This document shows, one piece after another, positions 35,979 through 49,208 of a stretch of DNA of 50,133 bases. This stretch comes from Nemertoderma westbladi (lineage: Eukaryota; Animalia; Xenacoelomorpha), in the NCBI GenBank assembly GCA_032718475.1, contig JAUCBJ010000796.1:1-50133 (forward strand), written 5' to 3'. The notes beneath the pieces are model-generated. The model ran no database searches and was not told where the DNA came from. It saw only the letters and a program-made list of their open reading frames with translations. A program made the position numbers and the translations under genes. The stretch's first letter is position 1. The number at the start of each line of letters is the position of its first letter.

Positions 35979-36238
35979 TGCTTACTGGGCGGAAAAGCCA
36001 ACCAACCACCAAGGTTAAGGCTGTATCACTAGCCGATCGCCTCAATGGTTGGAAAGCCCACTTTGAAAAGCTCCTCAATAATGACAGGGTATTGCCTGAT
36101 AACTTTATAGAAGTAAAAGTGTCGGAGTCTGTACTCCCAGATATTCCCATTGGTGATATCTCCTTTGCAGAAGTGAAGGCTGCTGCAAAGAGCATTAAGA
36201 CCAATCGTGCCAGTGGAGTAGATGGTGCCCCTGAGGTC
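35979..36238 (+). repeat. Inverted 260-bp fragment of the same RTE family
   Basis: Reverse complement of 35201-35463 with a few substitutions and a 3-bp deletion. Confidence 0.9.
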
Positions 36239-36411
36239 GGTTAAATGGTTTAGTTAATATATGGATGTATAAGATAAAAAAATATAATTGTTTGTATAAT
36301 CAATGGAAAAGTGTGTCTAAGTTTATAAAAGATGCCAATAGTTCTTGAAATTTTTTTAGTGATAAATTGTACGTGTGACTTCCAAGATAGTTTATTGTCT
36401 ACATGAATTCC

Positions 36412-37030
36412 TCAAAATTCTGTGCATATGGATTTATGTACATTTTTCGAATTAATTTGTACTGAAGGTATACTTGTTGTTTTTTGCACTGTATTTGTGA
36501 ATAAAGTAAATTCCGTTTTAGATAAATTTAATGAAAGGCGATTGTTTTCCAACCATTCAGTCAGTTTATTTAATTCGTTATTAGTGTCATGTATTAGAGT
36601 ATCAATATGTTTAGCTGACTGAAGGAGAGTAGTGTCGTCGGCAAAGAGGCTGGTTAGAAGTGTAGTGGCGTTAGGTAAGTCATTAAAGTACAAGAGGAAA
36701 AGTAACGGAGATAGAACACCTCCCTGAGGGACGCCGCAAGTTAAAGGTAGTAGTGGTGATCAGTGGCCAGCTATGGAGACATATTGGAATCTGGAAGTCA
36801 GAAAGCTTGATATAAGTTCCAATGGAGATCCTCGGATACCGTAACATTCTAATTTATTTAATAAAATTTTATGATTTATGGTATCAAATGCCTTTTTACG
36901 ATTTAAGAGCCTTTTTAAGAGTTTTTATCTTCAAGGGCTTGATGGATTCTTTCAGTAACTGAGAGTAAGGCATGAGCTGTCGAGGTTTCCGTATCCGAAA
37001 TCCGTATTGGCACGAAGGGAGGATTGAATA
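36412..37030 (-). pseudogene. Decayed CR1/L2-group non-LTR reverse transcriptase fragment
   Basis: KAFDTINHKILLNKLECYGIRG...R.QYV...CGVPQGGVLSPLLFLLYFNDLP...LFADDT...W...N.LSLN..KT, with an internal stop. Confidence 0.85.
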
Positions 37031-37468
37031 TTTTGCAAGATTGTAGACTGTAGATTGTAGATGTTGAAGACTGTAGCTATGTGAATTAATGTAATTATTT
37101 ACATAGGTTAATTAATGTATTTATTTTGGGAAAATTTGTATTTATTTGAGACAGGGGGGGGGGGGGGGGGGACTGGACGCAAATCCAATCTTGGCGAATT
37201 AATATCCCGATTCAATGTTAAATTCTTAATTTAGGGAAAGGGACAGGTTACGGTGGCACGTTATTTTAACCAAAACAATAAACTAAATACAATAGAACAG
37301 GTTACAGTTTTATTTTTGAGTGTAATCAGTTGTTATTTGCGTCGAATTTCCCCTGGAGAGAGATGGATTTTTAATGCTTCCAGTTTTCATAGATTCATAA
37401 TAATAGATTTTGTTACATTTTACCTACAGTTTCTTACTAATATGGTAATTTGGTTAGACTTGTATTAA

Positions 37469-39408
37469 GGGGGGACATCACACCTGAAATTTTTTTTTCT
37501 TCAAAAAAATTTTTTTTTCATATTTTTGTTCAAAATTTTATGCTGATTCCAAATACGAAACCCGTTTTTTATTAGCTTTTATAGTTTTTAAGTTAAGACA
37601 GGTTTAACCGGACACGTTTTTTGGAAATTTTGGCCAAATTTTAACATTTTTTACATGAATTTGTACTGTACATTTACGCAACTTCATATCATACAGTACA
37701 GTGGTTATGAAGAGTAGGCCTACTTAAGGGCGGGAAATTTAAAGTGGTTAATCGAGACTGTCAGCCTGTGCAGTGTAAATGAATTCCAGCACAACTGCTG
37801 TAGTGTAAATCATATAACAATATAAGCCTGTAAGCCTAGCAAATTTCTAATTGTACAGTAATCTACACTGTTTGCTAGAGATCCCTATTGTTTTGTTGAT
37901 TATTAATTAAGTAAAATTTATTGTTGTATGTTTGTAACCTAGCTAGAGTAGGCCTAGCCTATACTGCTATATTGCTGTATTGTGAAAGTTTACTGTTATG
38001 CCCCGCCGGTCACGTCAGGCGCGTTCCAAGGAATTCGAGGGTACCCGATATGCAGATATTTGCAAGCAAAGAGATTCTTCTACCGATATGGAAATTTCCA
38101 TGCTTACTATACAGCCCTGATCCACAATCGAGGTGCTTCAACCACAATGATTATAGCCAATGCCATCAATCTAAATCCTGGACTAGCCCTTTTACGATCC
38201 TGTAGACAAAGAGATCGAAAACGTGTAGCCAAAAGTCTTACAATCAAGCCGTCAAAGAAAGCTAAAGTTGCCAAGGACACTTCCACTTATCAAGGCGGAG
38301 CATTCTAATTAATTCTGATTTCGTTTAGAACATTTTTCATATTTTCATTTTATTTTAGAACAAATTCTTACAATTTTTCTATATTTCTCCCTGTGCTTCA
38401 TTATAATTATTGCAATTATTATCATACTAACCGCGAATCCTGCACTGCAACTATACATTTATTTTGCAAAAGACGTGCTGCGCGAAGGCCCCCACTAATT
38501 TGAATTTTTTGATTTACTAGCTCAGAAACACGGGCTTTGCAACAAAATTTTAATTCACCTTTTCTCTAAGTTGATGTTTCTCTACAACTTTCAAATTCAT
38601 CATTTTCCCATAGGACCAATAGTTTTCTTAAATAGCGAAATTTATTACCTTTTTAATTATAACTATATTAGTTATAAATAAATAAAAAAATTATTGCATA
38701 CTGGTTTGATTTCAGGGCAATATGTGTCTCCATGCGAAGTTTCAGCATCATACGTTTTGTGGTACTCGAGTTAGAAGAAACAAATATCATACAAACAGAC
38801 AGACTGACTCTACAACTTTGTTTGTAATTTTTAAAAATTTTTAATTAAAGCCGTTTTTCGCAGTTTTTCAAAAAAATTATTTTTTTGCACGTTTGTTGCT
38901 ACTACTTTTGAACCGCTGGATGGATTTTGATTCTGTTTTCGGCATCTTGTAGCCAAACATTCAAGCTTTAATATGAATTACCAAAATTTTGATATTTGAC
39001 GTTGATACAAAGTTATAAACTTTTTTGTCAGTAAAAAACGAAAAATTGAATCTTTGAGACTTGATGACGTCATATCTTTGTACCCAGAGTGAAAAAAAAA
39101 ATTTTGGTAATTCAAATAACAGTCCATGAAATTATAAAACTAATGTAAAAGGAATTTACGAAATTCGTTTAAAAATACAGTAGTAGTAGTGAATTATATT
39201 TTTAACTGGTTTAAAATACATTATGCTAATTTAAGACGGCTCATTAACATCTAATTATCATAATTAGGTGAAAAAATTTTTTTTTTTTAATTTAGTGTTT
39301 TGTTATTAAAATGAGCCATAAATTGTTGCCAGGTGTAGAGCCATTCAAAAGTTACATGTGATGCAAGTTCGGACACACAAAGTACACTTCAAGGTGTGAT
39401 GTCCCCCC
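37469..39408 (+). mobile_element. Non-autonomous Kolobok DNA transposon (1.94 kb) with a transposase C-terminal remnant
   Basis: Perfect 17-bp TIR GGGGGGACATCACACCT; TTAA TSD (37465-37468 / 39409-39412); RR...YY termini. Remnant ...RQRDRKRV...YQGGAF* at ~38150-38308. Confidence 0.85.
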
Positions 39409-41471
39409 TTAATGTTAATAAATAATTTATCATTATTATTATTACAGTAATTAATTTATTATTCTTTAAGGGGGGGGGGGGGGGGGGTATACCATTTTTA
39501 AGGGGGGGGGGGGGGGGTATACCATTTTTGGACAACTCTTCGATTTATCACTCTCAGTGTTTCTAAATTGTTTGGTTTTGGCTATAATTTGGAATATATA
39601 GGTAGGCCTACCTAAGATGCTATTCTACATGACAGGTCAGAAAAATTTTATTTTTAGCTATTTAATATTAGTTAATACTAATTAACAATAAAAAAAACTT
39701 GGTTGCGCTTTTACAGTTTTGAATCTAATCACATGAAAGTTTTTTATATGATATATCAAAGATGGGGCAACATAACTATCAGGCGAAATTTGGTGAAAAT
39801 AATTCTGCACTGCTAGGTGGCGCTGCAAATTTATGCTAAATTTTAGGTTTGTTATAAATAGTATTAAATTTTATTAACAAAAAATTTTAAAAAGTTGTCT
39901 GGTACTTTTATGCAGGGTGGCTATGTAGACACCCACAGAAAGTTTCAGACTAATTGCTCAAAAATTGTAGAAGTAGTAGGGTTTTGAAGTTGACAATTTC
40001 CTAAAAAAAATATTTGGAGATAATCGACCTTTCATTATACATAGTAATAGTAATTTCAATAGGATTCCGTAAATGGAAATTGTTATAACTTGAAAACTAA
40101 AAGAGCTATTAAATAGCGGTTTTCAGATTTGGAAACACCATTCAATGGTGCGTTATAATAGATCTATACAACATAAAATCAATGAAGTGCACAATGAAAT
40201 TAAGTCAACAAGAATAATAAAAGGCGAAATAACAAAAGAAGGGATACATGGGTGCATTATTACTAGTATTATTATTATTATATTATATCTCATTCATTAT
40301 GTAACAATTGAACGTTAATTGAAATACAAATATAACATATGCAATTAAGGGAGAAAACTGCCTATTTCAATTATATAATTGTTTCGTTACAGTTTTACTC
40401 TTTATTGTGTTGGCCTACACTTTTGGACAGGTGCGTTTGGTGCCATCGGTATCATCATAAAATAAAAGTGCAAACATTTAATCCGCTCAATAAAATGTTT
40501 TTATGTATACGATAAATACCACTCTGCATACCATGGCTATCATCCAACAGATAATACTTTATAAAGTTTATTCTTTATGTTTATAACATTATGTCCTGTA
40601 TTCTATACGTTTATAACCAGAAACGCCAGCAAGGTGGCGGCTCCAAACGAAACTACCTAAATAAAAAAATAAAAACTTTAACTATAAAAAGATAAAACCA
40701 CCTGATCGGGATCGAACTCGGTACTGGCGCTTTCGCGAGTTCAACCGCAGCGGTCCGATGCAACAAAGTTTATTTCATTTTTAAGTTCAGAGCTCAATCA
40801 CCCATCACCACTCACTCAATCAATCAACATTCATGTCAGGATGGATTTGTGACAGCCAAGCAACCAACCCTGTGGTTCCTAATTACAGCCGACTCAATAG
40901 GCGTACTGACAATGGGCGTATTGCATAGGAAAAGGCTAATGGTTTTCACGGATAATTAAAAAATCAGGAGCAAATTTGTCCTCCAATCACCGTACGTCTA
41001 GCGCTCTAGGGCTAGTTCGTGAAATTTTTAAAGTGGTGAAAATATCGAACTGCTGTATAGCCTACAATATTAATCATATCAATTTATCTACTGTACTATC
41101 TCCACCAACCAAATTCCCTATTAATTTATCAGCACAAAATATTATAATAATCACGCTCTATTTGGATAGGATTTCAACCTAAGCCTTTTCTGCCTTACAA
41201 GCCTTATAACGGTACCGTGCAATAGCCATTGAACTGCACCTGGGAACTGTATTGTCTATATAAAACATTAATCATAATTGTTTATTGTTAGGCCTGCGCA
41301 GAGTAAAAATATTGTTTGTGGGATTTTCATACTTCTAGCACATACTTTTATTTAATTTTTAGCACTTAATTAATAATAATTCTAAAGTATATTTCTGGCA
41401 CATTAAAAATTAAATTTCATAGCTATTTATGGTGATTCATTTCACATGCAGGAATCATTGCATATCATTGC

Positions 41472-44400
41472 ACGTAGGGTTGAAGATGAGTAGTAAATGG
41501 TAAACACTACTTAGGGTTAAGAGCAGTAGTAAATGGTAAACCGATAGGGTTGAAGAGCAGTAGTAAATGGTAAACCGATAGGGTTGAAGAGCAGTTGTAA
41601 ATGGTAAACAGATAGGGTTGAAGATCAGTTGTAAATGGTAAACAGATAGGGTTGAAGATCAGTAGTAAATGGTAAACGGATAGGGTTGAAGAGCAGTAGT
41701 AAATGGTAAACGGATAGGGTTGAAGAGCAGTAGTAAATGGTAAACCGATAGGGTTGAAGAGCAGTTGTAAATGGTAAACAGATAGGGTTGAAGATCAGTT
41801 GTAAATGGTAAACAGATAGGGTTGAAGATCAGTAGTAAATGGTAAACGGATAGGGTTGAATAGCAGTAGTAAATGGTAAACCGATAGGGTTGAAGAGCAG
41901 TTGTAAATGGTAAACACTACTTAGGGTTGAAGAGCAGTAGTAAATGGTAAACGGATAGGGTTGAAGAGCAGTAGTAAATGGTAAACCGATAGGGTTGAAG
42001 AGCAGTTGTAAATGGTAAACAGATAGGGTTGAAGATCAGTAGTAAATGGTAAACGGATAGGGTTGAAGAGCAGTAGTAAATGGTAAACGGACAGGGTTGA
42101 AGAGCAGTAGTAAATGGTAAGCGGGTAGGGTTGAAGATCAGTAGTAAATGGTAAACGGATAGGGTTGAAGAGCAGTAGTAAATGGTAAACGGATAGGGTT
42201 GAAGAGCAGTAGTAAATGGTAAACCGATAGGGTTGAAGAGCAGTTGTAAATGGTAAACAGATAGGGTAGAAGATCAGTAGTAAATGGTAAACGGATAGGG
42301 TTGAAGAGCAGTAGTAAATGGTAAACAGATAGGGTTGAAGAGCAGTAGTAAATGGTAAACACTTAGGGTTGAAGAGCAGTAGTAAATCGTAAACACTAAG
42401 TAGGGTTGAAGAGCAGTAGTAAATGGTAAACAGATAGGGTTGAAGAGCAGTAGTAAATGGTAAACCGATAGGGTTGAAGAGCAGTTGTAAATGGTAAACA
42501 GATAGGGTTGAAGATCAGTAGTAAATGGTAAACGGATAGGGTTGAAGAGCAGTAGTAAATGGTAAACAGATAGGGTTGAAGAGCAGTAGTAAATCGTAAA
42601 CACTAAGTAGGGTTGAAGAGCAGTAGTAAATGGTAAATGGATTGGGTTGAAGAACAGTAGTAAATGGTACACGGGTAGAGTTGAAGATCAGTAGTAAATG
42701 TTAAACGGATAGGGTTGAAGAGCAGTAATAAATGTTAAACTCCACGTAGGGTTGAAGAGCAGTAGTAAATGGTAAACGGGTAGGGTTGAAGATCAGTAGT
42801 AAATGGTAAACGGATAGGGTTAAAGAGCAGTAGTAAATGGTAAACGGATAGGGCTGAAGAGCAGTAGTAAATGGTAAACTCTTTATAGGGTTGAAGAGCA
42901 GTAGTAAATGATAAACACTAAGTAGGGTTGAAGAGCAGTTGTAAATGGTAAACAGATAGGGTTGAAGAGCAGTAGTAAATGGTAAACTGATCGTGTTGAA
43001 GAGAAGTAGTAAATGGTAAACAGATAAGGTTGAAGAGCAGTAGTAAATGGTAAACACTAAGTAGGGTTGAAGAGCAGTTGTAAATGGTAAACAGATAGGG
43101 TTGAAGAGCAGTAGTAAATGGTAAACTGATCGTGTTGAAGAGAAGTAGTAAATGGTAAACAGATAGGGTTGAAGAGCAGTAGTAAATGGTAAATGGATTG
43201 GGTTGAAGAACAGTAGTAAATGGTACACGGGTAGAGTTGAAGATCAGTAGTAAATGTTAAACGGATAGGGTTGAAGAGCAGTAATAAATGTTAAACTCCA
43301 CGTAGGGTTGAAGATCAGTAGTAAATGGTAAATGGATTGGGTTGAAGAACAGTAGTGAATGGTAAACACTACGTAGGGTTGAAGATCAGTAGTAAATGGT
43401 AAACACTACGTAGGGTTGAAGAGCAGTAGTAAATGGTATACAGATAGGGTTGAAGAGCAGTAGTAAATGGTAAATAGATGGGGTTGAAGAGCAGTAGTAG
43501 ATGGTAAACACTACGTAGGGTTGAAGTGCTGTACTAAATGGTAAACGGATAGGGTTGAAGAGCAGTAGTAAATGGTAAACTCAACGTAGGGTTGAAGAGC
43601 AGTAGTAAATGGTAAACAGATAGGGTTGAAGAGCAGTAGTAAATGGTAAACAGATAGGGTTGAAGAGCAGTAGTAAATGGTAAACACTACGTAGGGTTGA
43701 AGATCAGTAGTAAATGGTAAACAGATAGGGTTGAAGAGCAGTAGTAAATGGTAAATAGATGGGGTTGAAGAGCAGTAGTAGATGGTAAACACTACGTAGG
43801 GTTGAAGTGCTGTACTAAATGGTAAACGGATAGGGTTGAAGAGCAGTAGTAAATGGTAAACTCAACGTAGGGTTGAAGAGCAGTAGTAAATGGTAAACAC
43901 TACGTAGGATTGAAGAGAGTAGTAAATGGTACACGGATAGAGTTGAAGATCAGTAGTAAATGGTAAACACTACGTAGGGTTGAAGAGAAGTTAGTAAATG
44001 GTAAACTCTACGTAGGGTTGAAGAGCAGTAGTAAATGGTAAACACTACGTAGGGTTGAAGATGAGTAGTAAATGGTAAACTGATCGTGTTGAAGAGAAGT
44101 AGTAAATGGTAAACAGATAGGGTTGAAGAGCAGTAGTAAATGGTAAACTCAACGTAGGGTTGAAGAGCAGTAGTAAATGGTAAACAGATAGGGTTGAAGA
44201 GCAGAAGTAAATGGTACACGGATAGAGTTGAAGATCAGTAGTAAATGGTAAACACTACGTAGGATTGAAGAGAGTAGTAAATGGTACACGGATAGAGTTG
44301 AAGATCAGTAGTAAATGGTAAACACTACGTAGGGTTGAAGAGAAGTTAGTAAATGGTAAACTCTACGTAGGGTTGAAGAGCAGTAGTAAATGGTAAACAC

Positions 44401-46751
44401 TACGTAGGGTTGAAGAGAAGTTAGTAAATGGTAAACTCTACGTAGGGTTGAAGAGCAGTAGTAAATGGTAAACACTACGTAGGGTTGAAGATGAGTAGTA
44501 AATGGTAAACAGATAGGGTTGAAGAGCAGTAGTAAATGGTAAACTCAACGCAGGGTTGAAGAGCAGTAGTAAATGGTAAACACTACGTAGGATTGAAGAG
44601 AGTAGTAAATGGTACACGGATAGAGTTGAAGATCAGTAGTAAATGGTAAACACTACGTAGGGTTGAAGAGAAGTTAGTAAATGGTAAACAGATAGGGTTG
44701 AAGAGCAGAAGTAAATGGTACACGGATAGAGTTGAAGATCAGTAGTAAATGGTAAACACTACGTAGGATTGAAGAGAGTAGTAAATGGTACACGGATAGA
44801 GTTGAAGATCAGTAGTAAATGGTAAACACTACGTAGGATTGAAGAGCAGTAGTAAATGGTACACGGATAGAGTTGAAGATCAGTAGTAAATGGTAAACAC
44901 TACGTAGGGTTGAAGAGAAGTTAGTAAATGGTAAACTCTACGTAGGGTTGAAGAGCAGTAGTAAATGGTAAACAGATAGGGTTGAAGAGCAGAAGTAAAT
45001 GGTACACGGATAGAGTTGAAGATCAGTAGTAAATGGTAAACACTACGTAGGATTGAAGAGAGTAGTAAATGGTACACGGATAGAGTTGAAGATCAGTAGT
45101 AAATGGTAAACACTACGTAGGGTTGAAGAGAAGTTAGTAAATGGGAAACTCTACGTAGGGTTGAAGAGCAGTAGTAAATGGTAAACACTACGTAGGGTTG
45201 AAGAGAGTAGTAAATGGTACACGGATAGAGTTGAAGAGCAGTAGTAAATGGTAAACACTACGTAGGGTTGAAGAGAAGTTAGTAAATGGTAAACTCTACG
45301 TAGGGTTGAAGAGCAGTAGTAAATGGTAAACACTACGTAGGGTTGAAGAGAAGTTAGTAAATGGTAAACTCTACGTAGGGTTGAAGAGCAGTAGTAAATG
45401 GTAAACACTACGTAGGGTTGAAGATGAGTAGTAAATGGTAAACAGATAGGGTTGAAGAGCAGTAGTAAATGGTAAACTCAACGTAGGTTTGAAGAGCAGT
45501 AGTAAATGGTAAACACTACGTAGGGTTGAAGAGCAGTAGTAAATGGTAAACACTACGTAGGGTTGAAGATCAGTAGTAAATGGTAAACACTACGTAGGGT
45601 TGAAGAGAAGTTAGTAAATGGTAAACTCTACGTAGGGTTGAAGAGCAGTAGTAAATGGTAAACACTACGTAGGGTTGAAGATGAGTAGTAAATGGTAAAC
45701 AGATAGGGTTGAAGAGCAGTAGTAAATGGTAAACTCAACGTAGGGTTGAAGAGCAGTAGTAAATGGTAAACTCTACGTTGGGTTGAAGAGCAGTAGTAAA
45801 TGGTAAACTCTACGTAGGGTTGAAGAGCAGTAGTAAATGGTAAACTCAACGTAGGGTTGAAGAGCAGTAGTAAATGGTAAACACTACGTAGGGTTGAAGA
45901 GAAGTTAGTAAATGGTAAACTCTACGTAGGGTTGAAGAGCAGTAGTAAATGGTAAACACTACGTAGGGTTGAAGAGAAGTTAGTAAATGGTAAACTCTAC
46001 GTAGGGTTGAAGAGCAGTAGTAAATGGTAAACACTACGTAGGATTGAAGAGAGTAGTAAATGGTACACGGATAGAGTTGAAGATCAGTAGTAAATGGTAA
46101 ACACTACGTAGGGTTGAAGAGAAGTTAGTAAATGGTAAACTCTACGTAGGGTTGAAGAGCAGTAGTAAATGGTAAACACTACGTAGGGTTGAAGATGAGT
46201 AGTAAATGGTAAACTCTACGTAGGGTTGAAGAGCAGTAGTAAATGGTAAACTGATCGTGTTGAAGAGAAGTAGTAAATGGTAAACAGATAGGGTTGAAGA
46301 GCAGTAGTAAATGGTAAATGGATTGTGTTGAAGAACAGTAGTAAGTGGTAAACAGATAGGGTTGAAGAGCAGTAGTAAATGGTAAATGGATTGGGTTTAA
46401 GAACAGTAGTAAATGGTAAACACTACGTAGGGTTGAAGTGCAGTACTAAATGGTACACGGGTAGAGTTGAAGATCAGTAGTAAATGTTAAACGGATAGGG
46501 TTGAAGAGCAGTAGTAAATGGTAAACACTACGTAGGGTTGAAGATGAGTAGTAAATGGTAAACTGATCGTGTTGAAGATCAGTAGTAAATGTTAAACGGA
46601 TAGGGTTGAAGATCAGTAGTAAATGTTAAACGGATAGGGTTGAAGAGCAGTAGTAAATGTTAAACGGATAGGGTTGAAGAGCAGTAGTAAATGGTAAACA
46701 AATAGGGTTGAAGAGCAGTAGTAAATGGTAAACACTACGTAGGGTTGAAGT
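41472..46751. repeat. 34/37-bp satellite, ~5.3 kb
   Basis: Core TAGGGTTGAAGAGCAGTAGTAAATGGTAAAC plus a short variable linker (AGA/GGA/CGA gives 34 bp; ACTACG/TCTACG/TCAACG gives 37 bp). Confidence 0.97.
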
Positions 46752-47575
46752 GGAGCAATAGGAACACCGAAACACATGAAACTCCGTCCGGGATAAACTT
46801 TTGTCCGCACGCAATTTTCTCCCTCGAGAAATCTTACCAATACCAAATCTGCTATTGAATCCCTCTTCTATTATTTTGGTTAGAATAACATGTCACTCCA
46901 ACCAGTTCGTCCGCCTTACTTTATAATTACCATTGTAATTAGCCGAGATGTGATTTGTGTCAATTGTCCTCCACCTTGTCCCGGCTGAGCGCTGCGGGAT
47001 AAGGCCGGACGAGGCGGGTGAATAAGTTTGCACCCAATCGATAATATTAATAATTATGTTCCATATTAATCAGCTGGTTCATGGATCCCCCCCCCCCCCC
47101 CCCCCCCCTCTCTCTCTCCCCATCCCGGCTGGGTTGATTTCATCAGCAGTTCAAGCTACTCCGTACCACTACAGATATATTTTTTTATAGTACTTATATT
47201 TTGTTTAATAAATTCTTAGAATTCGTAGCCTAAATTAATATTACCTCATAAAAGTCTCAAAGCGTAACGGTAATATGTTGCACTACACTTGTTTAATATG
47301 GTAAGTACAGTAATGTACCTGTACTGTAGGTGATACATTTGTTTGCAATAATTTAATATTAATGTTATCTCTATACTAAACATGTTGCACGGTATCTCTA
47401 ATTGTGTTGGTATTTTTTAAGTTACTTTACTTTAAACATAACATAGTGGCTCACATCAATGGGCTTCCTCCCAGCGCTGGGCACAGGTACCACCTACAGC
47501 AGTAGGATTAAAAAAATAAGAAGTCGGCCGTGGCCGAGGCGACCCGACCCCAAGGCTGTCCTCTTTCGATAGCTT

Positions 47576-48370
47576 CTACCCGAAGGTAGGGGGTGGGCGC
47601 TACTCCTATCTGCTACACGAAGGTAGGGGTGGGCGCCACTCCTATCTGCTACCCGAAGGTAGGGGTGGGCGCTACTCTTATCTGCTAACCGAAGCTAGGG
47701 GTGGGCGCTACTCATCTGCTACCCGAAGGTAGGGGTGGGCGCTACTCTTATCTGCTAACCGAAGGTAGGGGTGGGCGCTACACCTATCTGCTACCCGAAC
47801 GTAGGGGTGGGCGCTACTCCTATCTGCTACCCGAAGGTAGGGGTGGGCGCTACTCCTATCTGCTACCCGAAGGAAGGAGTGGGCGCTACTCCTATCAGCT
47901 AACCAAAGGTAGGGGTGGGCGCCCATCCTATCTGCTACCCGAAGGTAGTGGTGGGCGCTACTCCTATTTGCTACCCGGAGGTAGGGGTGGGCGCTACTCA
48001 TATCTGCTACCCGAAGGTAGGGGTGGGCGCTACTCCTATCTGCTACCAGAAGGTAGGGGTGGGCGCTACTCATATCTGCTACCCGAGGGTAGGGGTGGAC
48101 GCTACTCCTATCTGCAACCCGAAGGTAGGGGTGGGCGCTACTCCTATCTGCTACCCGAAGGTAGGGGTGGGCGCTACTCTTATCTGCTAACCGAAGGTAG
48201 GGGTGGGCGCTACTCCTATCTGCTACCCGAACGTAGGGGTGGGCGCTACTCTTATCTGCTAACCGAATGTAGGGGTGAGCGCTACTCCTATCTGCTACCC
48301 GAAGGTAGGGGTGGGCGCTACTCTTATCTGCTAACCGAAGGTAGGGGTGGGCGCTACACCTATCTGTAAC
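47576..48370. repeat. 36-bp G-rich minisatellite, ~22 units
   Basis: Unit CTACCCGAAGGTAGGGGTGGGCGCTACTCCTATCTG with a CTACC-CGAA-GGTAG hairpin. Confidence 0.95.
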
Positions 48371-48429
48371 CTATCTGTCGTAAAACCAAGTGGGCGTATT
48401 GTCTCGGTCAAGGCTGCTCTTCACAATCT

Positions 48430-49208
48430 ATACCATCACTAATAAATATAAATGGAACCCTTATAACGTCTTGTGAGCAAATCACATTTCTGGGTTTTCC
48501 AGTAAACACTAGCAAGAAATGCCATCTGCAAGATTGCATCCAAATAATCGCGAGTGTCTCGGATAGATTCCACAAGAATGGTTGGACAATTCGATGGCTG
48601 GATGTGGATACTCTCGGTTATATATGGAGAACTGTTGCTATTCCTACGGTGCTTTATACAGCAAACTTCTTCGTCGGATCACTCACAAACTCGAGCTTCA
48701 GCAACTATATATTTATTATCGCAAGATCCTCCGGGGTCTATTGTTTCTCGGGTCATATGCGAGCAATGCTGTAGTCTACTCTTTACTCGGATGTTATTCG
48801 TTCTCAGCAGAAATATTCAAAACCGGCACTAATATGATCCACAGGATACAATCGTGTCCCAACACTCTACTTCAGTCTATACTTCATGCGTGTCTTCGAA
48901 AGAATGCTGGATATACTAAGTCCGCGAACTATGTCGGCTTGGGCTCTGTTTATTCCAAGTGTATGGATGCATATCCCATGCCTAGGCTTAACTCGATGCT
49001 TAGCTCGCAGTATAATAGATCAGAACTTTTGAAACATTTCCAGTGCAGTGCACTTACTTTCTCAGAGCAAATGGATACAACTTTTGTTAAATCGTGCTAT
49101 GCGCAATCGGCACCATTTATAACAAAGCATGTGTACGCGCTTTTGAAGACCTTTAGCAGTTTAACCTGCCAAAATTTATATGTCTTTTGGTTTATAAATA
49201 GACTTTAG
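48430..49208 (+). pseudogene. Decayed non-LTR retrotransposon fragment (end of RT, thumb and C-terminal region)
   Basis: ININGTLITSCEQITFLGF...YIWRTVAIPTVLY, then a frameshift to KLELQQLYIYYRKILRG..SNAVVYSLLG, as expected downstream of a LINE RT domain. Clade not determined. Confidence 0.55.

Noticed and set aside
40695-40765. tRNA gene or SINE (minus-strand B-box-like GAGTTCGATCC)
   Set aside because: No convincing A box or cloverleaf could be built.
41472-46751. CRISPR array
   Set aside because: The variable parts are only 3-6 bp and are reused many times; there are no unique spacers or cas genes, and the context is eukaryotic.
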